Shown here: one piece after another, positions 1 through 12,876 of the stretch
Position numbering within the stretch: position 1 is the first letter of the stretch
Layout of the letters: each line of letters begins with the position of its first letter
Source: Mobula hypostoma
Taxonomy: Eukaryota
DNA length: 64,000 bases
Assembly (NCBI RefSeq): GCF_963921235.1
Contig: NC_086118.1
Span: forward strand, 26,724,001-26,788,000
Reading direction: 5' to 3'
The notes under the pieces: model-generated
The model's database searches: none
What the model was told of the DNA's origin: nothing
The model's input: only the letters and a program-made list of their open reading frames with translations
Made by a program: the position numbers and the translations under genes

Positions 1-2289
1 AATATTTTTGATGTTTTAATTATGATCCTTCAAATTAAGATTAAACATTGTGCAGAAAGATAGAGATACACTTGGAATAACCACATTATCTCTTCTCAAA
101 GCAGGTATGTGTGTTTGTAACCATGATGCTAGTACATCCTGAATTGCATGTACCTGTATTTTTATAAAAGTGGTAACATTACTTTTTATAGTTTATGTCA
201 TTTTCTCATTCCTCTCCATTAATACAGGGATCATATGGCTTGGTTTCAGAAGTGAAAGTCATTTTTTGAACTTTTCCACCAAGGACTTAGTATTCATGAG
301 TGAGCCTTGACAGTAAACATCTGCAGGTCATTGCCAACAGACCTGATCACCTCTTCGCCCAACATCTCAGTGTGTCCACCTCCAACAGAGGTCACTAGAT
401 AGCTGTCAGTAATGGAAAATAATGAAAAGGAGAAAATGCTGTGAGTATACAAAGTGTCAGTCACAAGCAGACTACACTATGCAATGGCATTTCATTTATA
501 GAACTTCTATTAGTCTCATATCGGTATGCAAGCCTCACGTGCTATTAGCAGTTGAGTGAAGAACAGTGTTTGGAGAATGCAGACCATCTCCAAAGAAGAT
601 GATCTATGTAGGAATGATAATGCTATGGTGGGAAGAAGACACCAGCTCCAAGATTCCCATACATTTGATGTTAATGATTCAGCCCAGCTACACGGCTCAC
701 ACAGCTTACAGCTTTTTCTAGTAATCTGTTCAACTGATGTGAACTTTTGACATTTACCAATTAGTCTCATTGTGAAAAAACCATGAAAACTTAGTGAGTA
801 TCTTTAACGTGGTAATTACCTCTTACAGAACTACTTGATCATAAGAATATAGTTTTTGATATTTAGATTCTAACTCCTAAGTCCTTTGTAATTGCCAAGA
901 AATGGATTATGTAGCATCGTGTCTTTGCGAACTATATAACTCAATTTAATTAACAAAAATATTTATTAAAGAAAACTTTGCTGACTGAGGATGCCACCGT
1001 TGCTGTGTTCTCAGTGTGTCTGGCACACAATAATACAGAGGAACCCAGCAGTGACTCCTCAATAGCCTGTAATATGGCTGCTTTGGGGACTGAGGGCCAT
1101 GATCATATGGGCCACAGATTCTTAGGGCTACACACGCAGAAACAATTCTTCACAGTACTTTGGAGGCCTGCCACAATGTTATGTCACTAGTTGTGCTGAT
1201 TCTAGGCCTTGTAACTCAGTATTGTGACTCTGTCCCAGAAAGATCCTCTCAATAGATTGCAATGGCTCTCTCACATACTCCATATCCACTTGTGAGGCCC
1301 ATCTCTCTCTGAAGTTTGCATTTCTCATAAGCACCCCCTTGACCATTAATCCACAACTGTAGTCTCCCCCACCACAAACTATACTGATATATGAACTTCT
1401 CCCTCTCTTGCAGCTCATCCACCCAATCTGCCAATCTACTACACAACTCCACTATAAAACCAGCAGGATATCCTGCCCAAACCCTCAACCTCCCAGTCCA
1501 CTCCTCATCCCAACCCATCAATCAATCAATTGTGCCACTCTGTATGATAAATATTTGAGCAACAATTGCACATCCTTGAAGTACATCGCTTGAATTTTAA
1601 ACTTGCACTCCCCTTGACTTCTTATCAAAGTTGAGAATATGGAAAGCACTGGTTGAGAGGTTTAGTGGTTGCACTGACAGTGAAAAGCAGAATATTAGAT
1701 GCTCTTGGGTCAAGAACAAGATAGTCCCAGAGCAGAGCAACAATCACTGGCCCACAATGGCCTTTTCTATGAAGGACTCTATGAGTGACATTTTATACCG
1801 GAATGCAAGATAAAAACGAGCTGATATAATATTTTTACAGCCAATATATGGAGGAAATTTGAATTGCAATGATTAGGACAGAATTTGAAGCCAACAACTC
1901 AGAGTTTAAAAATAAACATAGTTACTATGTACACAGTCACACTTCAGGCATAATTTCTTAGTTAAGATATGTATGCTAATCACAATGCGTTTTGTATTTT
2001 TATTTGCTATTTCATTCATCTTTCCATTTTTCCATTCTGAATTTCATCATTGGGATTACCCTGCTCCACAAGTGTACAAAGTCAAGACCACTGGGCCACT
2101 TTGTTCACAAAATGAACATTTTATGTGTCAGCTATATGATGTGTCTTTCATAAACCAAAATTTCCCTCTCAAAATCACCATAGTTTAGGTAGGCTGTGGA
2201 AGCTGAAGATATCCAATGAGAATAATTCCAAGCTCAGGAGTCAACAACTGTCTGACTCCCTCACTGAGGCAATAAGTTTATTTTGAGGT

Positions 2290-2785
2290 TGTTGGGACTG
2301 TGAACGAATTCACTGGTGAGACACTGAAGCTGGTGGATACAGAAGCCTTTACTCAGCAAAACAAGCAGGCATCATACTGGAGACAATCTTGGAAGAAGAG
2401 GCTCTCTGACACAATATCACATGATGTTTTTATATGCTGAAGATCAAAGGTATCTGCAGGACAATCCTATAGTTAGAATGTATCCACAATGCTTCCTTTG
2501 AATTACAAATAATTTTCAGACACCTAGATCGTCACATCAACACTCCAGACACCCAAAATAAATGTTAAGTTCCTCTATCTCTGAGCTGCATTCATGCATA
2601 TGCAGACAGCTTAGGTCAATGAGATATTTCCTGGTTTGCAGTCAACACCAATCTGCAGCTCCAAAAACATCATTGTCCTGAGCTGCATTTTAAACTCAAT
2701 CTATAATCCACATTCAGATCTAAAGACTGGTTGCTATTGAAACTAATACTTGCTGTATTCCACAATTCCAGAATACATTCTAACA
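2290..2785 (-). mobile_element. Putative solo LTR
   Basis: TGTT...AACA termini, near-TSD aggt/aggc; minus-strand end has AGTAAA then GCTTCAGTGTCTC, a motif also near the 3' ends of the LTRs at 52830/54902. Confidence 0.4.
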
Positions 2786-3760
2786 AGGCTAAACCTTTCT
2801 GATGGAACTTTCATGCAATTTCAATTATAATTTGGCAACTATTCCGTCTTTTGTGTATAGGTGAAAGAATTTAAATAAACAAGTTTGGAGATTCTACATT
2901 TCATCTTTAATTAGAAACAATGTTAGCTGGATATGAAGATTGTGCAGTGTATCAGTTATTTCCTATGAGATTATCTAATCTCATTCAATATAAGCATGTA
3001 ACTTATCTTTCCTGAATAAATTCCATGTCTTTTCTGATAGATGTAAATTGGCAAAAAAAAGTTCAGTTTTATTCTTTATGCTGTTGAAATATATTTGGGA
3101 AACCCACAAGTTAGTTCAGAGTAGATATTTCTTGCTGCAGTAGATCTTGAAATACTTTGATTCTTTTATAAACTATGCTGCAATCTTTTTGTGAGTGAAT
3201 TTACTTTTCAAACTTTTAATGTTGTCTTTAGAGGTTACCACTGTGAAACTGCCCCAGTAGGCATAATGGTATTGAGGTGGAAGATCATCCATTATTTATT
3301 GAATAGTAGAATAGTGTCATGTTTACCAATCCCTTGCTATTGTGCTCATTTATATGTAAAGAGATCATAAACCAGGCACGTGGTGCCCTAGACTGGCACA
3401 AAAAACTCCAGAGCTTTGCAGTTTAGCTCCTTAAGAAGAGGAATTCATCAACAGTGGGACGCATGAGCCTCAGACAACTTAGTCAAGATTGTGTGGCATT
3501 GCTGGGTAGGATTTCGTACACTGTTCCCTCTAAGCTGCAAGGGTCCACATAGTAACTCCAGTACACATAGCTTTTGTTGCAATGCAGATGTAATAAATAC
3601 AGATGAGAAAAAGTTTACAAATCATGGAAGATTTCCTTTGTTGTACTGCATTTCATTATACCCTTCAATTAATAAATGAAATCAAATGTACGTGATTTTT
3701 TAAAAGTTTCCTTCTAAGTATCCATATTATCATATTACAAAAAAAACCTTTAAAGTGCCA

Positions 3761-3886
3761 ACAACAGGAATTCTGCAGATGCTGGAAATTCAAGCAACAT
3801 ACATCAAAGTTGCTGGTGAACGCAGCAGGCCAGGCAGCATCTATAGGAAGAGGCGCAGTCGACGTTTCAGGCCGAGACCCTTCGTC
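3761..3886 (-). mobile_element. Short Penelope-like element terminal fragment, young, with TSD
   Basis: Near-identical to the left part of 48218-48437; 7-bp direct repeat AGTGCCA at 3754-3760 and 3887-3893. Confidence 0.8.
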
Positions 3887-3888
3887 AG
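3856..3888 (-). ncRNA. Minimal hammerhead ribozyme-like core (PLE-associated)
   Basis: Minus strand CTGACGA-AGG-gtctcgg-CCT-GAAAC-GTC-GACTG; 5' strand of stem I lost at the insertion edge. Confidence 0.6.
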
Positions 3889-3979
3889 TGCCATGCAGTT
3901 TTCAACCATGTAAAAATTTCCTAGTCTTGTGTTGCATTTGTGGGCAATATTTCTACTGGACCAATCTGTATTTCTTTGA

Positions 3980-4640
3980 TCTTAGGGATTTCTGAGGAAC
4001 AGAGGGACCTTGAAGTACAAGACCATAGATCCTTGAAGGTGGCAGCGTGGTTGGGAAAGAAAGTGTGACACTCACCTTCATTAGTTGGGACACTGAATGC
4101 AGAAGTAGGTCGTACCTCAATTTTATAAAACCTTGGTTAGTTCTCAGCTGGAGTACTGTGCACAATTCAGGTCACCATGCAAGAGGGTATGACAACAATT
4201 GGGAGGGCGCAAAGGCAGTTCATCACGATACTGCCTGGGATGGAGCGGTTCAATGATGAGAAGAGGCTAAAGAAAGTAAGTCAATTCTTCTTGGATTGGA
4301 GGAGGTTTTAAGTGTGGTGTATAAATTATGAGAGGTGTAGATAGGGCAGGCTGTAGCCATCTTTTATCGATATCAGGGATAAATAAAACTAAAGGATGCA
4401 AATTTAGGATAAGAGGGAAAATGCTTACAGAGAGTATGAGGGGGGATTGTTGTGCTCAAATAGAAGTAAATAATTAGAATGCACTGCTTAAGAGGGGGGA
4501 TAAATCTGGGTCAGTGACAACATCTACGAAGTGTTGAGATGTACACTTGAATCACTTAGGTATATAAAATTTGGACCAAGTGCAATAACTAATATGGAAG
4601 GGTGCCCATTGGTCAGTGCTTCCACATAGTGCGACTGACC
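3980..4640 (+). mobile_element. Old CR1-type LINE 3' fragment
   Basis: Degenerate copy of CR1 RT C-terminal motifs (ttataaaaccttggttag...ctggagtactgtgcacaattc). Confidence 0.6.
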
Positions 4641-5630
4641 CTTTGACTACGACAGTCACTCAGAGGAAAAGACAGTCAGCTCACTGGATGAGGACTACCC
4701 GAGTGCTGAGCCTTTTAGAGTTATCCAGGTTAGTATTAAAGGATCAGTGTCACCATGACGGCCTATTATTATTAAATTGACATGCTATCATTGCATGATA
4801 ATTATATTTTAGAAATAAAAGTGGCTTACAATATAGGTAAGTTTTCTCGAGAAATTCTAGAGCAGAACGGAGCGATACCATGATAAGTACAATCCCAGTA
4901 GCCATTGAGTTAAATGCCTTTGGGAATGTGAAGATGGTCTCAAAACAGCAATTACCGACATGCCAAAACATTCTGCTCGAAAGCTGCCATTAAAGTTACC
5001 GATGTTTGAAGAATCATGGAAAGGTGGAGATGGATTGAAGTACTAAGACTCGACGGAAAGTCCTGCATTGACTGTACATATATAATGAAGGTAGGTCTTT
5101 AAATGTATAGGCTGATAAGTTGCATTGTTAGAAGTTTAGCTGCATCTTCGAAAGAGAGCAAGGGGTTATTGAGTGTACATCTTGAACAGGTGTAATGGTG
5201 AATATTTAGAACTGCTACCTAGGTATTCCAATGAATCAAAACGAGGTTGCAGATTGCTATCTCCTTTGGTTGAGTAGCTCTGGTGTTTTGTATTGTTCTG
5301 CTCCAAAATACTCATAAGTGTACTTGACTGTATTTTCTTAAGTGGGCCATTTGATATACGAGATTTACAAATGTAAAGAGATGCTTGTTATGAAGGTACT
5401 CAGCCTCAGATTTCATCAAGATGCAGATGAGTTACGTTTGAAAGCTGAAGGCATGTACACAATAAGCAAAGCTGTTCAACGGTGACTAAGAGACATTTGA
5501 GAGCTCCTAGTGTGACACTTTGCCGAGAATCAGATTTGAAGTGGTCGCTTCTGCCGACTATTTCTGTCAATGTGTCTGCTTCACTTTAAGACAGGTAACT
5601 TCCTTAAAATCATGCATGGTATATCTGAAC

Positions 5631-5817
5631 AACCCACACAGAATGGTGGAGGAGCTCAGCAGGCCAGGCAGCATTTAGGAAAAGAGTACTGTCGATGTTT
5701 TGGGCCGAAACACTTTGGGGGGACCCTTCGCCCCAAAACGTTGACTGTACTCTTTTTCTAGATTTTTTTGTGTGTGTTGCTTGGATTTCCAGCATCTGCA
5801 GATTTTCTCTTGTTTGT
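5631..5817. mobile_element. Decayed palindromic Penelope-like terminal fragment
   Basis: gagctcagcaggccaggcagcat...gtcgatgttttgggc, followed by inverted cccaaaacgttgactgtactc and tccagcatctgcaga tail. Confidence 0.7.
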
Positions 5818-6204
5818 GAATGATGTATTTGAAGCATGGTTAAATGTAGGCAACAGGAATTTATTGTATTCATAGAACTCTGTTGGATTGAAAGGCCCAG
5901 AATGTGTGTGCGATATGAGAATAAATGTGTTGGAAAAGGATAATGTGAAAAGGGTTATGAGAATGTTTCTTCAATTGAACATAGTCTCACAGGATGCTGA
6001 GAGAGTATGACGTAGGGCTCTTGTTGTTGAACATGTGATGAGATTGGATCTTCACATTTCTTTGTCCACTTCCTCGGTTTCTCATGGTCATCTCTGCTGC
6101 TGGCTAACACTCTAGGGTTTCTGATGCCAGGAATCCCCATGAAGGCCAGGAGGATAAGATGCTGAGCCTTTCTGTGCTACAATGAAAGTGGTCCTGTAGA
6201 TGCC

Positions 6205-8742
6205 ATAAGACCTTAAGGGATAGGAGCATAATAAGGCCATTTGGCCCATCAAGTCTCTCTGCTATTTCATCAAGGCTAATCTATTTGCCCTCTCAACCCC
6301 ATTCTCCTGCTTTCTCCCCATAACCTGTCATGCCCTGAGTAATCAAGAACCTAGAAACCTCTGCTTTAAATACACCCAATGATCTGGCTTCCACAACTGC
6401 CGGTGGCAACAAATTCCACAGATTAACCACCCTCTGGCTAAAGAAATTCCTCCTTGTTTCCATTTTAAATGGAAGTCCCTCTATTCTGAGGCTGTGCCCT
6501 CTGCTGCTAGAATCCCCTACGATAGGAAACATGCTCTTCACATCCACTATATCCAGGACTTTCAACATTTAATAGGTTTCCATGAGATCGCCCCTCACTC
6601 TTCAAAATTCCAGTGAGTATAGTCCCAGAGCCATCAAACGCTCCTCATACATTAACCATTTCATTCCTGAAATCATTTTCGTGAACCTCGTGAACGCTCT
6701 CCAATGTCAGCACATCCTCTTTTAGATGAAGGGCCCGAAACTGCTCACAATACTCCAAGTGATATTCCAGCATTACATCCTTACTCTTATATTCTAGTCC
6801 TCTAGAAACAAATACTAACATTGCATTTGCCTTCCTCACCACAGACTCAACTTGCAAATTAATCTTTAGGGAATCGTGCAAGAGGACTCCCAGTTTTCAA
6901 TTTTCTGTCCATTTAGAAAATAGTCTATGCTTTTGTTCCTTCTACTAAAGTGCATGACCATACACTTCCCAACACCATATTCAATAGTGTGCATGCGCCG
7001 GTCGTGCATGCAGCCTGTTACAGCCATTCTGACTAGTTTTCTTACTTTTTTAACTTACATTATTTGTTGTATTTTTTTTCACGGTAATACGTTGAAGCTG
7101 CACCCTCTCTAACATGCTGGTGGAGAGAGTTTTATTTGGGTTTTTAGCGCTGGAAATAGTTACATTCAGACACGTCTAATTAGCGGGGCAGCAGTATGGT
7201 CACATTGTTTATTCCAGGGACCAGCCAATTGCGCTTATGCCGGCCGGTTTAGCGAACAGAGCGGCGTACACCCCTGCTGAAATCTGGAGGAAAACACACA
7301 GAGGGTGCAGAGGGGGATCACAAAGGCAAGGAAAGAGGACCGGGTCGAGACAATAGAGACTTATGGAGAAGAGGAGTTCGGTGCGTTCAATGGACGAGTT
7401 GACGGCGCTAGCCAGGAGTCAGAGAACATTTCAGGAGTGCAGTGTTATGTGCTTTACTGAAACGGGGCTGCACAAGGACATACCCGATCAAAACTTTTCC
7501 ATGGATGGCTTCCAGACCGTTCCGGCTGACCGGAAGTGCACTGACAGCGGTAAGCGTAAAGGAGTTGGGGGCTTGCTGTTCCGGTTAACAACGGATGGTG
7601 CAATCCTGGTCATATTACGATCAAGGAACGTGTTTGTAGACCGGATATAGAACTTTTTGCTGTTGGACTCCGGCCATATTCCACCAAGATACAACACTGG
7701 GCGTCATGGGAGGTTGTTCCTGCCTGTGGCCATCGAACTTTGCAGCTCCTCCCGTGGAGGGTCAGACACCCTGAGCCAATAGGCTGGTCCTGGACTTATT
7801 TCCATCTGGCATAGTTTACATATTGTTGTTTGATTGTTTGTGGTTCTTGTATTGCTATATTTATGCTCTGCTCTTGGTTGGTGCGGCTGTAACGAAACCC
7901 AATTTCCCTTGGGATCAATAAAGGATATCTATCTATCTATCTATCAATCTGCCACTCTATGCCCATCGTCCTAATTGGTCTAATACCTTCTGCAGCCTCC
8001 CTGCTTCCTCAATGCTACCCGACCCTCCACCTATTTTTGTATTGTCTGCAAACTTGGCCACAAAGCCATCAATTCCATCTTCCAAGTCATTGACATATAG
8101 CGTAAAAAAAGCGGTCCCAGCACTGACGTCTGTGGAGCACCACTAGTCACCAGCAGCCAATCAGAAAAGGCTCCCTTTATTTTCACTCATTGCTTCCTGC
8201 AAATCAGCTATTCTTCTATCCATGCTCGTATCTTTCCTGTAATACCATGGGCTCTTATCTTGTTAAGCAGCCTCCTGTGTGGCACCTTGGCAAAGGCCAT
8301 CTGAAAATCTAAGTACACGGCATCCACCGATTCTCCTTTGTCTGTTCTGCTTGTTATTTCCTCAAATAATTCCATCAGATTTGTCAGGTAAGATTTACCC
8401 TTTAGAAAACTATGTCCACTTTGGCCGAATTTATCATGTGCCTCCAGGTACCCTGAAACCTCATCCCTAGTAATTAATAGACTCCAACATCTTTCAGATT
8501 ACTTAAATTAGGTTAACTGGCCAATAATTGCCTTTCTTCTGCCTTCCTTCCTTCTTAAAGAGTGGAGTGACATTTGCAATTTTCCATTTCTCTGGAACCA
8601 TGACAGAATCTAGTGATTCTGGAAAGATCATTACTAATGTCTCCAGAATCACCCCAGTAAACTCTTTCCGAACCCTAAGGTGCAGTCCATCTGGTCCAGG
8701 TGATCTTTCAGTGTCCCAAACACCTTCTCCCTAGTAATAGCA
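6205..8742 (-). mobile_element. CR1-type LINE, 5'-truncated (copy A), interrupted by Rex-derived insert
   Basis: ORFs 6293-6568 (RNFFSQRVVNLWNLLP) and 6645-6881 are CR1 ORF2 C-terminus; ccataagacc tail. Confidence 0.9.
6986..7943 (+). mobile_element. Internally deleted Rex1/Babar-type LINE
   Basis: CpG-rich 5' part, APE endonuclease start (SVMCFTETGL), abrupt jump to 3' UTR and (TATC)n tail; TCAAT TSD at 6981-6985/7944-7948. Confidence 0.8.
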
Positions 8743-9812
8743 GTAAGACCATAAGATACAGGAGCTGAATTAGGCCCATCAAGTCTGCTCTGCTATTTCA
8801 TCATGACTGATCCATTTCCCTCTCAGCCTCAATCGCCTGCCTTCTCCCCGTATCCCTTCATGCCCTGACTAATCTAGAATCTATCAACCTCTGACTGAAA
8901 TATACCCAATGACTTGGTCTCCACAGCCACTTGCGGCATCGAATTCCATGGATTCACCACTCTCTAGCAAAAAAATTCCTCCTCATCTCAGTTCTAAATG
9001 GACATCCCTCTATTCTGAGGCTGTGTCCTCTGGTCTTAGACTCCCCCACCATAGGACACATCCTCTTTACATCCGTTCTATAGAGAGCTTTCAACCTTCG
9101 ATAGGTTTCAATGAGATCCCCTCCCCACCGCCTTTTGAATTCCAGTGAGTACAGGCCCAGAGCCATCAAATGCTCATCATATGATAGGCCTTTTAATCCC
9201 ACAATTATTTTCAAGAATCTCCTTTGAAACCTCTCCAATGTCAACAGATCCTCTCTTAGATAATGGGCCAAAAACAGCTCAAAATACACAAGTGAGGCCT
9301 CACTAGTGCTTTATAAAGCCTCAATATCACATTCTTGCTTTTATATTTTAGTCCTGTCGAAATGAATACTAACATTACATTTGCCTTCCTCACGACTGAC
9401 TCAAACTGCAAATTAACCTTTAGGGAATCCTGCCCAAGGACACCCAAGTCCCTTTGCATCTCAAAGTTTGAATTTTCTGTCCATTTAGAAAATAGTCTAC
9501 ATTTTTATTTCTTCTACAGAAGTGCATGACCATACACTTCCTGACACTGTATTCCATCAGCCACTTCTTAACATATTCTCCCAATCTGTCTAAGTCCTTT
9601 GGTAGCCTCTCTGCTTCCTCAAAACTACCTGTCCTTCTACCTAGCTTCATATCATCGGCAAACTTAGCCACAATGCCAATAATTCTGACATCCAAATCAT
9701 TGACGTATAATGTAAAAAGCGGTCCCAACACAGGCCAATGTAGAACACCATTAATCACCAGCAGCCAACCAGAAAAGGCTCCATTTATTCCCACACTTTG
9801 CCTCCTGCCAAT

Positions 9813-10415
9813 TAAAGGTTCAAAGGTTCATTTTATCATCAGAGTATGCATGTACAATACAATTCTGAAAATTGTCTACTCCAGATAGTCATGAAATATA
9901 GAAAGACCATGGATGTTGATGAAAGAAAAGATGTCAACTCCCCCCCATGCATGAAAAAGAAGAAACAAAACTCACAGATCCCAAAATACTCCCCTCCCTT
10001 ACAGCAAAAAAAGCAGCCAAAATAACAATCAGCAGCCAGCTACACACAACAATCCCTGATGCCCGACACCCCCACTTCAGAAAAGAACAGCGGCAGTAGC
10101 ACCCACCACCAAAAGTTAACAGATCACCCACCCACCAACTGGCCACAAGAAAGAAAGCAGGAAACCAAAACAGAGTACAGTCCAGTAATCACAAAAATCT
10201 CAGAATAGGGGAAACGTCTTTTCGTCTGCATACGATGAAAACAGCCACATGAACTCAGCCCTTCCATAGAGCGTAACCATCGACCCGAGTCAGAATGCCA
10301 TCAATCCAGGACCAAACATGCTGACACGGGTCCAAATGCACTGACCCAGGTCAAATACGCTGATTTGGGGCCGAACACACTGACCTGGGTCCAAACACTG
10401 TCGATCCAGGTTGAA
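9813..10415 (-). mobile_element. Non-coding retroposon (LINE-tailed) inserted in CR1 copy B
   Basis: Splits the CR1 sequence with near-TSD ccaat/ctaat; short tandem tail aaaggttcaaaggttc. Confidence 0.65.
10300..10412. repeat. Degenerate ~20-bp minisatellite (gacccaggtccaaacacgct-like, about 5 units)
   Basis: Repeated ga-nnn-gg-nc-aaa-nnn-ct units visible in sequence. Confidence 0.65.
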
Positions 10416-11593
10416 CTAATCAGCCAATGCTCTATCCATGTTAGTATCTTTCCTGTAATACAATAGCCTTTTACCTTCTTGAGCAGCCTCATGGGTGGCA
10501 CCTTGTCAAAGGCCTTCTGAAAATTCAAGTACATAACATCCACCAATTCTCCTTTGACTGTCCTGCTTGTTATTTCTTCAAAAAATTCCAACTGATTTGT
10601 TAGGCAAGATTTCCCCTTAAGGAAACCATTCTGACTTTGGCATGTTTTGTCAAGTGCCTCCAAGTACCCTGAAACTATATCCTTAGCAGTTGACTCCAAT
10701 ATCTTCCCACCTACTGAGGTCAGACTAATGGGTCTATAATTTCCTTTCTTCTGCCTCTCTTCCTTCTTGAGTAACATTTGTAATTTTCCAGTCCTCTGGA
10801 ACCATGCCTGAATCCATTGATTCTTGAAAAGTCACTACTAATGCCTCCACAATCCCTTCAGCTACCTCTTTCAAACCCTACGGTGTAGCCCATCTGGTCC
10901 GGGTGACTCATCTACCTTCAGACCTTTCAGTTTCCCAAGCACCTTCTCTTTGGTAATAGCAACTACACTCACTTCTGATCCATGACACTCTCAAACTTCC
11001 AGCATACTGCTAGTGTCTTCCACAATGAAGATTGATGCAAAATACTTATTCAGTTTGTCCACCATTTCCTTGTCTCCCATTATTACCTCTTCAGCATCAT
11101 TTTCCAGCAATCCAATATCCATTCTCATCTCTTTTTTACACTTTATCTATCTGAAGAAACATCTGGTATCCTCTTTAATATTATTAGCTAGCTTACCTTC
11201 GTATTCCATCTTTTCCTTCTTTATTACTTTTTAAATTGTCCTCTGTTAGGTTTTAAAAGCTTCCCAATCCGCTAACCTCATACTAATTTTTGCTCTATTA
11301 TATGCCCTCTTTTTTGCTTTTATGTTTTTGACTTCCCTTATCAGCCATGGTTGTATCATCCTTCCTTTAGAATATTTCTTCTTCTTTTGGATGTATATAT
11401 CCTGCATCTTCCAAATTTTTCCCAGAAACTCCAGCCATTGCTGTTCTACTGCCATCCCTGCTACTGCCCCCTTCCAATCAACTTCTGTCAGCTCCTCTCT
11501 CGGGGCTCTATAATTCTCTTTACTCCACTGTAATACTGGTACATCTGACTTTAACTTCTCCTTCTCAAATTGCAGGGTGAAGTCTATCATATT

Positions 11594-12000
11594 GTGGGGA
11601 TGTTCTGAGGATGGAACTGGACTCTCTCACGGTGGTGTCTGAAAAGAGGATGCTGTCTAAGTTGCATGCCATCTTGGACAATGTCTCCCATCCACTACAT
11701 AATGTACTGGGTGGGCACAGGAGTACATTCAGCCAGAGACTCATTCCACCGAGATGCAGCACAGAGCGTCATAGGAAGTCATTCCTGCCTGTGGCCATCA
11801 AACTTTACAACTCCTCCCTTGGATGATCAGACACCCTATGCCACTAGGCTGGTCCTGGACTTATTTCATAATTTACTGCCATAATTTACATATTACTATT
11901 TAACTATTTATGGTTTTATTACTATTTATTATGTATGGTGCAACTGTAACGAAAACCAATTTCCCCCGGGATCAATAAAGTATGACTATGACTATGACTA
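11594..12000 (+). mobile_element. Rex1/Babar-type LINE 3' fragment
   Basis: ORF ...RHRKSFLPVAIKLYN; (TGACTA)n tail; 3' UTR segment gacaccct...aggctggtcctggacttattt shared with 7765-7800. Confidence 0.85.
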
Positions 12001-12045
12001 TTATGATCACTGCCTCCTAAGGGCTACTTTACTTTAAGCTCCCTA

Positions 12046-12876
12046 GCGGGGTTACGATGGTGACTCCGTTCAGCTCATCTTCAGAAACAGCTTAATTTCT
12101 ACCTTTATTGTTTCTCTTTTTCCTTTTCAAGGTGGATGGGGTTCTGGCTACACCCAAACATCAGTTCTTTATGGCTCATCGACTGGCCATTTTTCTGACA
12201 TTCCAAGGACATGGCCTAGAAGATGAGCGTCTCTTTGGGGTTCTGAAGCTTCGTGGTCTTGGGGACGAGCCAATTCTATGCTGGTGCCTCTGACTGAAAT
12301 GTTGTGGGAGAAAATGGAACATTGGAACAGCGGATCAGCTGTTGGGGTTCTGTACTCAGTGAATCATGCACTCTCTCTTTCCCTTGTTGGTGGTGAGAGT
12401 TTGTTGCTGATTCTTAAATTGGGGAAAAGGTGACACGGCAGAATTTAATCATGTAAATCATTGAGTTGTTTGTCTTTGCTGGTCTTCCTGGTTGCTGTGA
12501 AGGGGGTCGGGGTGGGGACACCTCTCCGTCCCTTTATTAAGGACAGAGGGAGAGCCTGTGGTATATTGAATTGTCGGGTGAATGATTCGTTTTTGTTTCC
12601 CTGCTGATCATAGTTTTTCTTGGGGGCTTTGCAGTTGCTTGCTTGGTGGGTGAAGGGTGCTGATGCTTTTTTTGCTGAAGGAAGTGGGGGAGGAGGGGGG
12701 TTGAGGCTTTGCTGCTGCTTGTGCATGGGAAGGGGGAGTAGGGGATTTTGGGGTTCTAATGTTTTACTGGCACTCATTCGTGGGGGCACTCTTCTGTTTT
12801 TGTGGATGTCTGCAAAGAACAAGAATTTCAGGCTGCATAGTGTATACATTCTCTGATATTAAATGGAATTATTAAA
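12046..12876 (+). mobile_element. Non-coding retroposon inserted in CR1 copy B
   Basis: CR1 sequence resumes on both sides; 3' part similar to 32617-32981. Confidence 0.7.

Noticed and set aside
382..395. Second CTCF-like motif CCAACAGAGGTCAC
   Set aside because: Two core mismatches; expected by chance
516..2188. Short ORFs in the first 2 kb
   Set aside because: No recognisable domains or consistent splice structure
10300..10412. CRISPR-like array
   Set aside because: Degenerate tandem units without unique spacers, eukaryotic context, no cas genes
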